The notes beneath the pieces were generated by a model. That model had not been told where the DNA came from. It worked only from the letters and a program-made list of their open reading frames with translations, and did not search any database. The position numbers and the translations under genes are program-made. Below, one piece after another: positions 17,394-25,708 of a DNA stretch of 28,003 nucleotides. Every line of letters begins with the position of its first letter. Position 1 is the first letter of the stretch. The stretch lies in IMG/VR virus record IMGVR_UViG_3300027156_000035, positions 1 through 28,003 of that record; one strand, given 5' to 3'. This DNA comes from a virus. Taxonomy: Duplodnaviria; Caudoviricetes.

Positions 17394-18090
17394 CTAATAT
17401 GTCCTCGTTTTGAAGAATTTTAGTCGCTACTTGTTTAAAGAGCTTTTTTAGATTTTTGATTTGTTTGTACCCTGCCTTTTTGCCTTTTTCGTTTGTTCTA
17501 TATCCCATTTCCGCTGCTACTTTTTCTTCATCTGCTCCATCAATATACAATCTAGAGTAAACTTTATATTGTTTGGGGGCCAAACGATGTTTCATTTCTT
17601 CGTGAAGTCTAGCTGCGCTAGCAAGGATATTGAAACTTATATCTTTCATTTCCCTAACTGATTCAGCATGATTTTCTATAGAGACAGAAAGCTTTACGTC
17701 ATATGCTGATTTTTTTGTCTTCTCCCATTTTCTATAAAGCGGACATTCGTTGCATTGTCTACCACTTGCAGTTATAGAACACGCTGGAGGCTCATTACCT
17801 AAATTATATTTGCACCCCAAACATGGTCGAACATAATTTGAATAATTATTTCTTAGTATGTTTTTGATCTGATTGACGGTAATTCTAGCAATCCAAGGCT
17901 CTAACGGCCTATCTTGTTTCCATAGTTTCCATTTCTTAGAAATATGGAATCTAATTATTTGGGCGACATCTTCATAATCCATCCAAGCAATCGCCTTAAG
18001 CTGCCAGATATATCTGTGCTTCTCTATTATCTTATCTATAACATCCTGCTTGTCTTCGTATTTAATCTTCTCTCGCTTTGGAGCTTCCAT
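17383..18090 (-). CDS. Phage RNA polymerase sigma factor (sigma70/ECF-like) with a Cys-rich insert
   Basis: Region 2-like MDYEDVAQII...LEPWIARITVNQIKNILRN and region 4-like LAPKQYKVYSRLYIDGADEEKVAAEMGY. Confidence 0.75.
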   Translation of the reverse strand: MEAPKREKIKYEDKQDVIDKIIEKHRYIWQLKAIAWMDYEDVAQIIRFHISKKWKLWKQDRPLEPWIARITVNQIKNILRNNYSNYVRPCLGCKYNLGNEPPACSITASGRQCNECPLYRKWEKTKKSAYDVKLSVSIENHAESVREMKDISFNILASAARLHEEMKHRLAPKQYKVYSRLYIDGADEEKVAAEMGYRTNEKGKKAGYKQIKNLKKLFKQVATKILQNEDILGGK

Positions 18091-18433
18091 ATTTGGTGGG
18101 AGATAAGCTGTCTATCCCACCAACTCTTTTAGGAGCAAATTTTCTTGGTCCGCTTTGAGGGTTACGCGATAGTTCTTCTAAATTAAAAGTTTTAAACCCA
18201 CCTTCAATTTCAATTTCCACATCAAGCTTATCTATGTCAGGAAGTTCATCGATATTTGTATTATCTTCAGACTCCTCTTCAATATCTTCTTGATTTACAT
18301 TTCTGCTTGGTTTTTTTTGCGTTTGTGGCGAAGCTTTGCCGTTCATAGGAGAACCGCATTTTGAGCAAAAATTAGGAGCAAAGCCACTGTATTCGTGTTT
18401 AGCCCCGCAATTTGTACAGAAAACGCTTGCCAT
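18062..18433 (-). CDS. Zinc-ribbon protein with an acidic tail (123 aa)
   Basis: FCTNCGAK...PNFCSKCGSP double CxxC at the N-terminus. Confidence 0.8.
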   Translation of the reverse strand: MASVFCTNCGAKHEYSGFAPNFCSKCGSPMNGKASPQTQKKPSRNVNQEDIEEESEDNTNIDELPDIDKLDVEIEIEGGFKTFNLEELSRNPQSGPRKFAPKRVGGIDSLSPTKYGSSKARED

Positions 18434-18509
18434 ATTAATTTATAAGTTTATCACTGAGATTTTCTAGCTTTACCAATATTGTAGCCGCATATCTTTGAAT
18501 TTCAATTGA

Positions 18510-19280
18510 TTAATTTGATTGTTCAAATGGAAAACTCTTACGCCGCACATCTTCTTGATTATTAATACCTCTAATCTTTCTGACAATAAATTTTAAAATT
18601 TCACTGCGCTTTATATCTTCTTCTGTAAATTCAAACGAGAAAACACCATGTTGTTGGGAATCTTCATCTGAAAATAAATTGTAAAAGTCGATAAATCCAT
18701 TTTTACCTTTGATGTCTGATTGCATAAAATCGCCGCATAAGAAAATTTTACTCCCATCCCCGATTCTAGTAAGTAGGGTTGTGATTTCCTTGAATGTAAA
18801 ATTTTGCACTTCATCTGCGATTACGATTTTATCTGTTAAAGTGCTACCTCTAAGGAAGTTAATGGGAGTTGCAGAAATTCTACCTTCGTCTTTTAAACGA
18901 TGAGCGTCAGTAGGTTCAATTATTTCTTGAACTTTGTCTTCAAGAGGGAGCAGATATGGCTGAAACTTTTCGCCAACTGTTCCTGGCAGCGAGCCAAGAG
19001 ATTTTTCGCCGCTTTCAGCGATTGTTCTAATATAGATAATATCTTTTTCATTGTGGTTGATAAGGTTAAGTGCCGCGTAAACTGCCATAAAAGTCTTTGA
19101 AGTTCCCGCTGGTCCAGCGATAAAGACTATTTTGGTCTCGTCTCCTAAAAGGATCTTTAATAATTGTTGTTGTTTTTCGGTGAATTTGAATTTGCGTTCT
19201 TTGAATTTTATTTCTGTTTTCATCTGCGGAATAATTACTTCCGTAGATGCCGATTTTGTTTTCTTGGGCTTTTTTGCCAT
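18510..19280 (-). CDS. phoH: PhoH-family ATPase
   Basis: GPAGTSKT, LGSLPG, FLRGSTL, IADEVQN, LLTRIG, GDFMQSD, EDIKRS. Confidence 0.93.
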   Translation of the reverse strand: MAKKPKKTKSASTEVIIPQMKTEIKFKERKFKFTEKQQQLLKILLGDETKIVFIAGPAGTSKTFMAVYAALNLINHNEKDIIYIRTIAESGEKSLGSLPGTVGEKFQPYLLPLEDKVQEIIEPTDAHRLKDEGRISATPINFLRGSTLTDKIVIADEVQNFTFKEITTLLTRIGDGSKIFLCGDFMQSDIKGKNGFIDFYNLFSDEDSQQHGVFSFEFTEEDIKRSEILKFIVRKIRGINNQEDVRRKSFPFEQSN

Positions 19281-19285
19281 AAATA

Positions 19286-20095
19286 CTAAACCATCTCTTC
19301 GATTATCTGTAGCCCTCCTTTTGCTACACCATTACTATCAATCGAAACTGCCTGCGAATTTAAGACTCCAGACATGTAAAATGAATTTCCATCTGGCATT
19401 GTTATTGAACCAGAAACTGTTGTATTTGGTTGATAATCAGAAAGCCAATCAATATTTGATATTCCATTTATCTGCAACGACTTTGTTATCTTGCTGACAC
19501 TTACTTTTGTTGGGTAAATGCTTCCTATTTCAAAATTAGGCGCTCTATCAATTTCAATACTGAAATTTAAATTTTCGTATTCATTAATTTGCTGAGTAAA
19601 ATTAATTCCAGATAAATTAATAGTCATGTTTCTCAATGGCGAAATTATTCCTGTTTCAGCGCTCTGACCATCATATACATATATACCGCTACCTGTTGCA
19701 AGACCATAAGAATCAAACTGCATTTCCAAAAACATTGGTTTCCAAGGCTCCAACGAAAAACTCATACTTTTCAAAAAACATTTATCAAATCTATACGATG
19801 GAACGTGAATAAAAGATCCGCTTGTAAAATCCCCAGTGAGTGCAAGAAATCCTGTAAATTGATTAACTCCCGCGCCAGTTACAGGTAATACCGTTGTGGA
19901 TATTGAGGCGCTTTTGGGGCCAGTTTGAATATAATAATCTAACTCTTGACCAATTCTTTTTACTCTTTTTAATTGAGTTGCATTGCTTGCGTTAAAATTG
20001 GATGCGTACAGTACATTACAAACCCCTGTATTTGTGGTTTGCTCATCTCCATTTGACAAAAATGCACGAACAGTACTGTATGAAACGTAAGACAT
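19286..20095 (-). CDS. Probable virion structural protein (tail tube/baseplate-like, beta-rich, 269 aa)
   Basis: Beta-strand-rich, with tube-like patterns (FDKCFLKSMSFSLEP...LEMQFDSY; LNFSIEIDRAPNFEIG). Function is inference. Confidence 0.45.
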   Translation of the reverse strand: MSYVSYSTVRAFLSNGDEQTTNTGVCNVLYASNFNASNATQLKRVKRIGQELDYYIQTGPKSASISTTVLPVTGAGVNQFTGFLALTGDFTSGSFIHVPSYRFDKCFLKSMSFSLEPWKPMFLEMQFDSYGLATGSGIYVYDGQSAETGIISPLRNMTINLSGINFTQQINEYENLNFSIEIDRAPNFEIGSIYPTKVSVSKITKSLQINGISNIDWLSDYQPNTTVSGSITMPDGNSFYMSGVLNSQAVSIDSNGVAKGGLQIIEEMV

Positions 20096-20106
20096 TAGAG
20101 CTTATT

Positions 20107-20466
20107 TTAATTTTTTTTAGACATTTTCAAATCATCCTCTTCAATTTTAGATAATCTCTTTAATAATTTTACACTTTCAAGTTTACAGTTTGGCATTGTA
20201 ATGCGATGACCTCCGGTTATTATCCCATTAGGATCAACTTCATATAAAAATAAAGTTGTTGACATCCAGCCCATTCTAACTATCCTTGCTGGACTTTTTG
20301 TTCCGTCCCAAAAAACCAACACATCATCCTCCTTGAAACCCGAAGTTATTCTAAATAAAAGGCTTTTAACTATATTGATTATAAACTCTTTAAATAATAA
20401 AGAGGCTACTCCTGCTGCTAAAAGAACAGAGTATTCGGAAATAAAACCATTAAATTCTTTTTCCAC
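20107..20466 (-). CDS. Minimal MscS-like membrane protein (119 aa)
   Basis: A hydrophobic helix (VLLAAGVASLLFKEFIINIV) followed by FKEDDVL...ARIVRMGWMSTTL...RITMPNCKL, matching the MscS TM3/beta-domain pattern. Confidence 0.65.
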   Translation of the reverse strand: MEKEFNGFISEYSVLLAAGVASLLFKEFIINIVKSLLFRITSGFKEDDVLVFWDGTKSPARIVRMGWMSTTLFLYEVDPNGIITGGHRITMPNCKLESVKLLKRLSKIEEDDLKMSKKN

Positions 20467-20474
20467 TTAAATAA

Positions 20475-20480
20475 TTACAC
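20475..20480 (-). promoter_or_regulatory. GTGTAA putative late promoter element at the head of the leftward module
   Basis: AAAAGTGTAATTATTTAA-GTG; the motif is 8 nt from the start codon, with no Shine-Dalgarno. Confidence 0.65.
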
Positions 20481-20497
20481 TTTTATACCAAAAACCA

Positions 20498-20525
20498 TTG
20501 ACAAATGAATCGTTTGAGGTAAGAT
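20498..20525 (+). promoter_or_regulatory. Sigma70-type promoter for the rightward accessory block (probably leaderless)
   Basis: TTGACA (20498-20503), 16-nt spacer, TAAGAT (20520-20525), with the ATG 7 nt later. Confidence 0.75.
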
Positions 20526-20532
20526 ATTTTTT

Positions 20533-21222
20533 ATGACTAGATTAGTCGTAATGTCAGATACTCATGGTCAGCATCATGGAGTTCAAGTTCCAGATGGCGA
20601 TGTTTTAATCCATTGTGGAGATTTCTGTTCGCATGGCCAATATCTTGATGCGCTTAAATTTGTAAATTGGTTTGGGACGCATCCACACAAACACAAAATT
20701 TTCATAGCTGGCAATCATGACCTGTATTTTGAGCAGGGCAATCCTGCTGACATAGACTCTTTTTTAAGAACTATGCCTGATGGGGTTCATTATCTTCAAG
20801 ATTCTGGGATCGAATTAGAAGGCTTAAAGTTTTGGGGCAGTCCTGTGCAACCAACTTTTTTTAACTGGGCTTTTAACCGTGATCGCGGCGAATCTATTAA
20901 AAAACATTGGGACATGATTCCCAAAGGAACTGATGTTTTAATTACTCACGGACCACCACACAAAATTTGTGATGTTGCTCCCGGCGGCAAAGGCTTTTAT
21001 AAACATGTCGGTTGCGCTGATTTATTTGAAGCAACATTAAAAATTCAACCAAAGCTTCATGTGTTTGGACATATCCACTTTTCTGGTGGAAATAGTTTTC
21101 TTATGCCCAAAACAATCTACGCAAATGCTTCTCTTTGCGACGAAGGATACATGATCAACAACAAACCTTTCGTAATTGACGTTGACAAAGACAAAAAATT
21201 CTCTATAGTAGCCGTAACATGA
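20533..21222 (+). CDS. Calcineurin-like metallophosphoesterase (MPPED/239FB-like)
   Basis: SDTH, HCGDF, IAGNHD, LITHGPP, HVFGHIH. Confidence 0.92.
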   Translation: MTRLVVMSDTHGQHHGVQVPDGDVLIHCGDFCSHGQYLDALKFVNWFGTHPHKHKIFIAGNHDLYFEQGNPADIDSFLRTMPDGVHYLQDSGIELEGLKFWGSPVQPTFFNWAFNRDRGESIKKHWDMIPKGTDVLITHGPPHKICDVAPGGKGFYKHVGCADLFEATLKIQPKLHVFGHIHFSGGNSFLMPKTIYANASLCDEGYMINNKPFVIDVDKDKKFSIVAVT

Positions 21223-21419
21223 AATCATCCGAAAATCTAAAAATTAGCCGCGAAATTTACATGGAAGACCTTGAGTTTATCCATAATAGAGTTTTTGAAG
21301 AACTGCAAAAACGTGACATTTGGTTCGATTCTGTCACTGATGATAATAAATTTAGCGATGATTTAATGCAGTTTTTGGAAAAAGCTTTTGATTATCCGCG
21401 TCATAGGAATTATAATTAA
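21219..21419 (+). CDS. Hypothetical protein (66 aa)
   Basis: Tightly packed in the operon, with a 4-nt overlap with the upstream gene. Confidence 0.7.
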   Translation: MKSSENLKISREIYMEDLEFIHNRVFEELQKRDIWFDSVTDDNKFSDDLMQFLEKAFDYPRHRNYN

Positions 21420-21421
21420 TT

Positions 21422-21655
21422 ATGAACGGTAAAGGATCAAAGCCTAGACCACTTTCTGTTTCCCAAGAAGAGTTCCAAAAAAACTGGGACGAAATTTTTG
21501 CTAAAAAAGCTATTGTTCCAATAAAAACTCTTGACAACGGCGATCAATTCATTGAGCTTCCTCAAGTCTTATTAGATGGTTTGGATTGGGAAGTTGGAGA
21601 TGAAATCATTTGGACAGAACAATCTGATGGGACATTCAAATTAACCAAAAAATAA
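21422..21655 (+). CDS. AbrB/MazE/SpoVT-like DNA-binding domain protein (77 aa)
   Basis: C-terminal NGDQFIELPQVLLDGLDWEVGDEIIW...DGTFKLTK swapped-hairpin pattern. Confidence 0.7.
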   Translation: MNGKGSKPRPLSVSQEEFQKNWDEIFAKKAIVPIKTLDNGDQFIELPQVLLDGLDWEVGDEIIWTEQSDGTFKLTKK

Positions 21656-21656
21656 T

Positions 21657-22232
21657 ATGGGCATGTTCGACACTATCTCTATTTCTGGTGATCTTCCTTT
21701 CTCGCAGGAAATGATTGACCTTGGTATAAATAAAAACAATTTGTCATTCCAGACTAAAGATTTGGATTGTACTATGTCTCATTATTTTATTCAAAACGGT
21801 GAACTATTTGAAGAAAAATATAAAACAGAAGAATGGATCGAAGGAGATAAAAATGCCAAAAGCGTCATGGATAGAATTGGACACATGGAAAGAACAGATC
21901 CATATCTTGAAAAAGTAAATTTCCACGGAGAGATTCATTTTTATGAATTTCTAATGAATGTTCAAGACAAGTGGGATTGCTGGGTAGAGTTCAAAGCAGT
22001 TTTCACCGAAAGCAAACTACAAAAGATTGAACTCTTTAAATTTGATAAGACTGATAATGCAGAAAGAAAACAAAGAAACATAGAATGGGAAAAGCAATTA
22101 GAACGGGAAGACAATTTGTGGTACAATAAATATTTTTTTAGAACTAAACCATATTTTTGGTTTTATAGAAAAATCTTTATTAAATTTTTAGATTTAATTA
22201 TTAATTTTCTTAAAAAAATAAGAGGGTATTAA
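21657..22232 (+). CDS. Hypothetical phage protein (191 aa)
   Basis: MGMFDTI...FQTKDLDC motif; operon packing. Confidence 0.75.
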   Translation: MGMFDTISISGDLPFSQEMIDLGINKNNLSFQTKDLDCTMSHYFIQNGELFEEKYKTEEWIEGDKNAKSVMDRIGHMERTDPYLEKVNFHGEIHFYEFLMNVQDKWDCWVEFKAVFTESKLQKIELFKFDKTDNAERKQRNIEWEKQLEREDNLWYNKYFFRTKPYFWFYRKIFIKFLDLIINFLKKIRGY

Positions 22233-22233
22233 A

Positions 22234-22611
22234 TTGAACGCTATTTCTTTTTCGGAAGTATCTCACCATCCCAAAGGCTGGGGCGAAGAAGTTTGGGTTA
22301 TTAATTGCCCACAATATTGTTTAAAGTTCCTACTTTTCAAGGCTGGAAGTAAAGGCTCGCTACATTTCCACGAAAAAAAGCAAGAAACTTGGTACATTGA
22401 AAGTGGAAAGCTTGATCTAGAAATGATTGATACTACAAGTGGATTATCAAGAACCGTTAATCTTTTTCCTGGAGATGTAGTGCATATCCCACAATTTTGT
22501 CCTCATAGAGTGTCCGCTGTAACAGACGTAAAAATTATTGAAGTTTCTACGCAGCACTTCGAAGACGATTCATTCAGAATTAAACCAGGAGACTCTCAAA
22601 ATGCCGTTTGA
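22234..22611 (+). CDS. Cupin protein (mannose-6-phosphate isomerase type II C-terminal-like)
   Basis: PKGWG, SLHFHEKKQETWYI, PGDVVHIP..CPHR, IEVST; TTG start. Confidence 0.85.
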   Translation: MNAISFSEVSHHPKGWGEEVWVINCPQYCLKFLLFKAGSKGSLHFHEKKQETWYIESGKLDLEMIDTTSGLSRTVNLFPGDVVHIPQFCPHRVSAVTDVKIIEVSTQHFEDDSFRIKPGDSQNAV

Positions 22612-23206
22612 ACCACTTCCTCTTAAATACGAAAAGAGATGGTATATCCCTTTTCAATTTTATTCGACGCCGTTCGCTCTTTCTCTAGAGGATTGGAAAA
22701 AATTTGACAACGAGGTAAAATCGAAACACCCAATACAATATTTTTTTAGAGATACGTTGTGTACGCAATATTGGATATACAGAACAAGGTTTAACAATTT
22801 TTTTTGGAAGATAAGAAATTTTGTTAAAAACCCAAGAAAAGAAATGAGAAAAGCGGTTTTTCCTAGTGAATACCGAGATTTACCAGAAATTATTCTTGAA
22901 TTTAATATTCAAGTCATAAAAGAAATTTATGAACGAGAAAAGTATTTTGAAAGTTTTGAAACCGAGCCAGTTTTCAATAAAACTGAAAGAGCTAAATTTC
23001 AAAAAGGTTTAAAAAAATATTATCGATATATTACTATAGACAGAGAAGAGATGCTAAAAAAAGCAGACACTATGCTTGATGAGGATTACAAACTCACTCC
23101 TAAAAAAAGAAATAAAAAATGGATCATTCAAACTCAAAAGGTTGAAAAAATGGATAGAGAGATGTGTATCTGGGTAGCTTCTTATAAAGATTATTTTTGG
23201 ACATAA
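22601..23206 (+). CDS. Hypothetical protein (~201 aa)
   Basis: Start reassigned to the ATG at 22601 (AGGAG upstream) rather than 22538, which overlaps the cupin extensively. Confidence 0.7.
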   Translation: MPFEPLPLKYEKRWYIPFQFYSTPFALSLEDWKKFDNEVKSKHPIQYFFRDTLCTQYWIYRTRFNNFFWKIRNFVKNPRKEMRKAVFPSEYRDLPEIILEFNIQVIKEIYEREKYFESFETEPVFNKTERAKFQKGLKKYYRYITIDREEMLKKADTMLDEDYKLTPKKRNKKWIIQTQKVEKMDREMCIWVASYKDYFWT

Positions 23207-23207
23207 C

Positions 23208-24824
23208 ATGAATATATTAGGAATAACATTTGGTAGCCATAGCTGTGGATTATCTTTACTTAAAGATGGGCAAGTTATTTTCGCCGTTGAAGAGGAAAGA
23301 TTTGTAAGAGTAAAGGCATTTAAAGATTTTGAAAGAGATGTCATACGCTATCCTGGTTTGTGCGTTGCTTGGGCCAAGAAAAATTTTGCAAAAGAAATGG
23401 AAAATATTGATGTTGTCACCAGCTTCTTTTCGAAGAAGGATATTGACGTATGTTTAGACGCTTGCCATTTGAGCGATTTAAAAGAAAAAACTTATATTAA
23501 AACAAGCCATCATGAATCGCATTGTAATCTCGCTTACTATCTAAGCAATTTCCAAGAAGATGCGCTTGTAATATCTATTGATGCTAGTGGAACGCAGCAT
23601 AGCGCTAAATTTTACATTGGTCAAAACGGCGATCTTAAATATATAGACGGCATAGATATAAATCACAAGTCTCTTGGCCACTACTATGCAATGTTAACAG
23701 AGCTTTTAGGGTGGAGAAGATTAAAAGACGAAGGTAAAGTAGTTGGCATGTCTTCTCATGGAAGATTTGACAAAAAATACTTTGAAGCTTTTGACAAAAG
23801 CATCACGATTAATGGTCTTAAAACAGACGAAGACAAGAGTTGCGATACTATTTTAGGTGGCGTTTATAAAGATTTTTATAATAATTTCTTTAAGACTAAT
23901 GGAAGCATTTTCTTTTTTCACAGAAAAGCTGATCTTGCTTTTAACGGACAACTTGTTTTTGAAAATAAAATTCTCCAGCTTATAGATAATCTACATAATT
24001 TATATCCAAATGTGAAAAATCTTGCGCTTGCTGGTGGAGTTTTCGCAAACGTAAAATTAAATAAAAGAATTAACGATTTACCTTGGGTCAAAGAAGTTTT
24101 TATTGCTCCTCCTATGGGCGACGAAGGTTTGCCTTTAGGGTGCTGCTTGACAACCTATAAACAATTTAATCCAGACTTCAGACCGTTTAGAATAAACGAC
24201 ATGTTTTTAGGTGCAAGTTTTTCGGATCAAGATACAGAGCAGCTTTTTTGGGATAAGTCAAAATTTGATAGAGAGCCTTATAGCGACGATAAAGTTGCTG
24301 AAGAATTGGCTAACGGTAAAATTGTTGGCCTTGTTTGGGGAAGGTTTGAGCATGGCCCAAGAGCATTATGTAATAGAAGTATCATTGCCAATCCTAGTAT
24401 TCCCGGTACTTATGACAGAATAAATAAGAAATTGCAACGCAATGACTTTATGCCATTTGCTCCAGTTGTCATTGACATTTTCGCTGATGAAGTTTTTGAT
24501 GTAAAAAAATCACGTTATACTGCCGAGTTTATGACGATGCTTTATGACACTAGAAAAAATTGGATTTGCAAAATACCGGCGGTTGTTCATCCAATTGACC
24601 ATACAGCTAGAATTCAAATTGTTACTCCACAAAGTAATCCAAGATTCTATAACTTAATCACTAAATTTGATCAAAAAACTTCTATCCCAGTTTTGCTAAA
24701 TACCTCTTTTAATATTCACGAAGAGCCTATTATCTGCTCTCCAAAAGAAGGTTTTGTTCATCTTGGAAATGATGTTGTTGATTTATTGGTGGTAGATAAC
24801 TTTGTTTACAAAAAGAAACAATGA
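23208..24824 (+). CDS. O-carbamoyltransferase, NodU/CmcH/TobZ family (538 aa)
   Basis: ILGI..GSH, AVEEERF.R.K, HHESH, SLGHYY, EGKVVG, LALAGGVFANVKLN, MGDEG, GRFEHGPRALCNRS, PFAP, VVHPIDHTARIQ, LLNTSFN. Confidence 0.93.
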   Translation: MNILGITFGSHSCGLSLLKDGQVIFAVEEERFVRVKAFKDFERDVIRYPGLCVAWAKKNFAKEMENIDVVTSFFSKKDIDVCLDACHLSDLKEKTYIKTSHHESHCNLAYYLSNFQEDALVISIDASGTQHSAKFYIGQNGDLKYIDGIDINHKSLGHYYAMLTELLGWRRLKDEGKVVGMSSHGRFDKKYFEAFDKSITINGLKTDEDKSCDTILGGVYKDFYNNFFKTNGSIFFFHRKADLAFNGQLVFENKILQLIDNLHNLYPNVKNLALAGGVFANVKLNKRINDLPWVKEVFIAPPMGDEGLPLGCCLTTYKQFNPDFRPFRINDMFLGASFSDQDTEQLFWDKSKFDREPYSDDKVAEELANGKIVGLVWGRFEHGPRALCNRSIIANPSIPGTYDRINKKLQRNDFMPFAPVVIDIFADEVFDVKKSRYTAEFMTMLYDTRKNWICKIPAVVHPIDHTARIQIVTPQSNPRFYNLITKFDQKTSIPVLLNTSFNIHEEPIICSPKEGFVHLGNDVVDLLVVDNFVYKKKQ

Positions 24825-25012
24825 CCTCTAAAACTGTAGGTAAGATACTTTTTGCGCCATTTAGATTTTTGATTTGTATCCCACTCTTTTTTCTTGCTTC
24901 GTTTGTTTTTTTGATTGGACTTTGTTTTTATCAAGGAGCTTTGAAAGATTATTCTGAATCATTAAAATCTTTGTGGATATTTGCGTCGAAAGGTGGAGAA
25001 TATTACAGCTAA
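24821..25012 (+). CDS. Small membrane protein (63 aa)
   Basis: Long hydrophobic stretch; start and stop overlap both neighbours. Confidence 0.7.
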   Translation: MTSKTVGKILFAPFRFLICIPLFFLASFVFLIGLCFYQGALKDYSESLKSLWIFASKGGEYYS

Positions 25013-25560
25013 TGAAACCATATATATTCGTTGATTTGGACGAGACATTAATTCACACTTATGATTTTCACGAAATGCCGTGCAAATGTGCGGTGCCAGT
25101 GACGGTTGAAGAGGTTCAATTTAAAACATCCCTGAGACCCGGCGCAAAGGAATTTCTCGCTAAACTGCGTGAGATTGGAGAGGTTCGTATGTTGACCATC
25201 GCCACTTACGATTATGCAATAGAAATGAATCGGCTCTTTGATTTGGGTTTTGTTGAAAAGGATATTTATGCTCGTCACCATATTCAAGCCCCCACTATTG
25301 ATTTAAAACCAGCAGAGTTTGTTTATTTATTTGATAATTTGCCGCTTAGAGAGAATCGCCGTAAGATTGAATTTTTGCGCTGCGTAACCATAAATAAAAT
25401 TCCTAGCTACATTCAAGTTAAGGAATATCGTGGGGGTCAGCGCTTTCCTTTTGACAAAGAAGAAATTGACCGCTTAACTAAAGCTTTATATGAATCAAAT
25501 GGAACTACTACAGAGGATACCGAAAGAGCATTATACCACTCACGAAGGGAAACAGATTAA
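25012..25560 (+). CDS. HAD-superfamily phosphatase, FCP1/SCP (NIF)-like
   Basis: FVDLDETLIHT, LRPGAKEFL, LTIATYDYA, YLFDN. Start reassigned to the ATG at 25012 (TAATG overlap with the upstream stop). Confidence 0.8.
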   Translation: MKPYIFVDLDETLIHTYDFHEMPCKCAVPVTVEEVQFKTSLRPGAKEFLAKLREIGEVRMLTIATYDYAIEMNRLFDLGFVEKDIYARHHIQAPTIDLKPAEFVYLFDNLPLRENRRKIEFLRCVTINKIPSYIQVKEYRGGQRFPFDKEEIDRLTKALYESNGTTTEDTERALYHSRRETD

Positions 25561-25708
25561 AGTAGGAGAACTGCTTGCAATTTTAAATGAAAAAAATACT
25601 AGTAATGGGTCTTCCCGGCGCGGGCAAGACAACCCTATCAACAGAACTGGCAAAGCTTCTAAACGCAGTTCACTTCAACGCAGACGAAATAAGAAAAGAA
25701 ATAAATAA
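25490..25708 (+). CDS. Possible small hypothetical protein
   Basis: Bridges the phosphatase and kinase genes but overlaps both substantially. Confidence 0.35.
   Translation: MNQMELLQRIPKEHYTTHEGKQIKVGELLAILNEKNTSNGSSRRGQDNPINRTGKASKRSSLQRRRNKKRNK

Noticed and set aside
15156-19116. Walker A motifs with SK instead of GK in both TerL (SRGLSKS) and PhoH (GPAGTSKT), both TCA codons, as a hint of recoding
   Set aside because: TCA behaves as Ser elsewhere, other Gly motifs use GGN, and the long ORFs read cleanly in the standard code. These are more likely natural P-loop variants.
2821-19497. Many short plus-strand or alternative-frame ORFs overlapping the structural genes
   Set aside because: They overlap well-supported genes and lack recognisable motifs or start signals.
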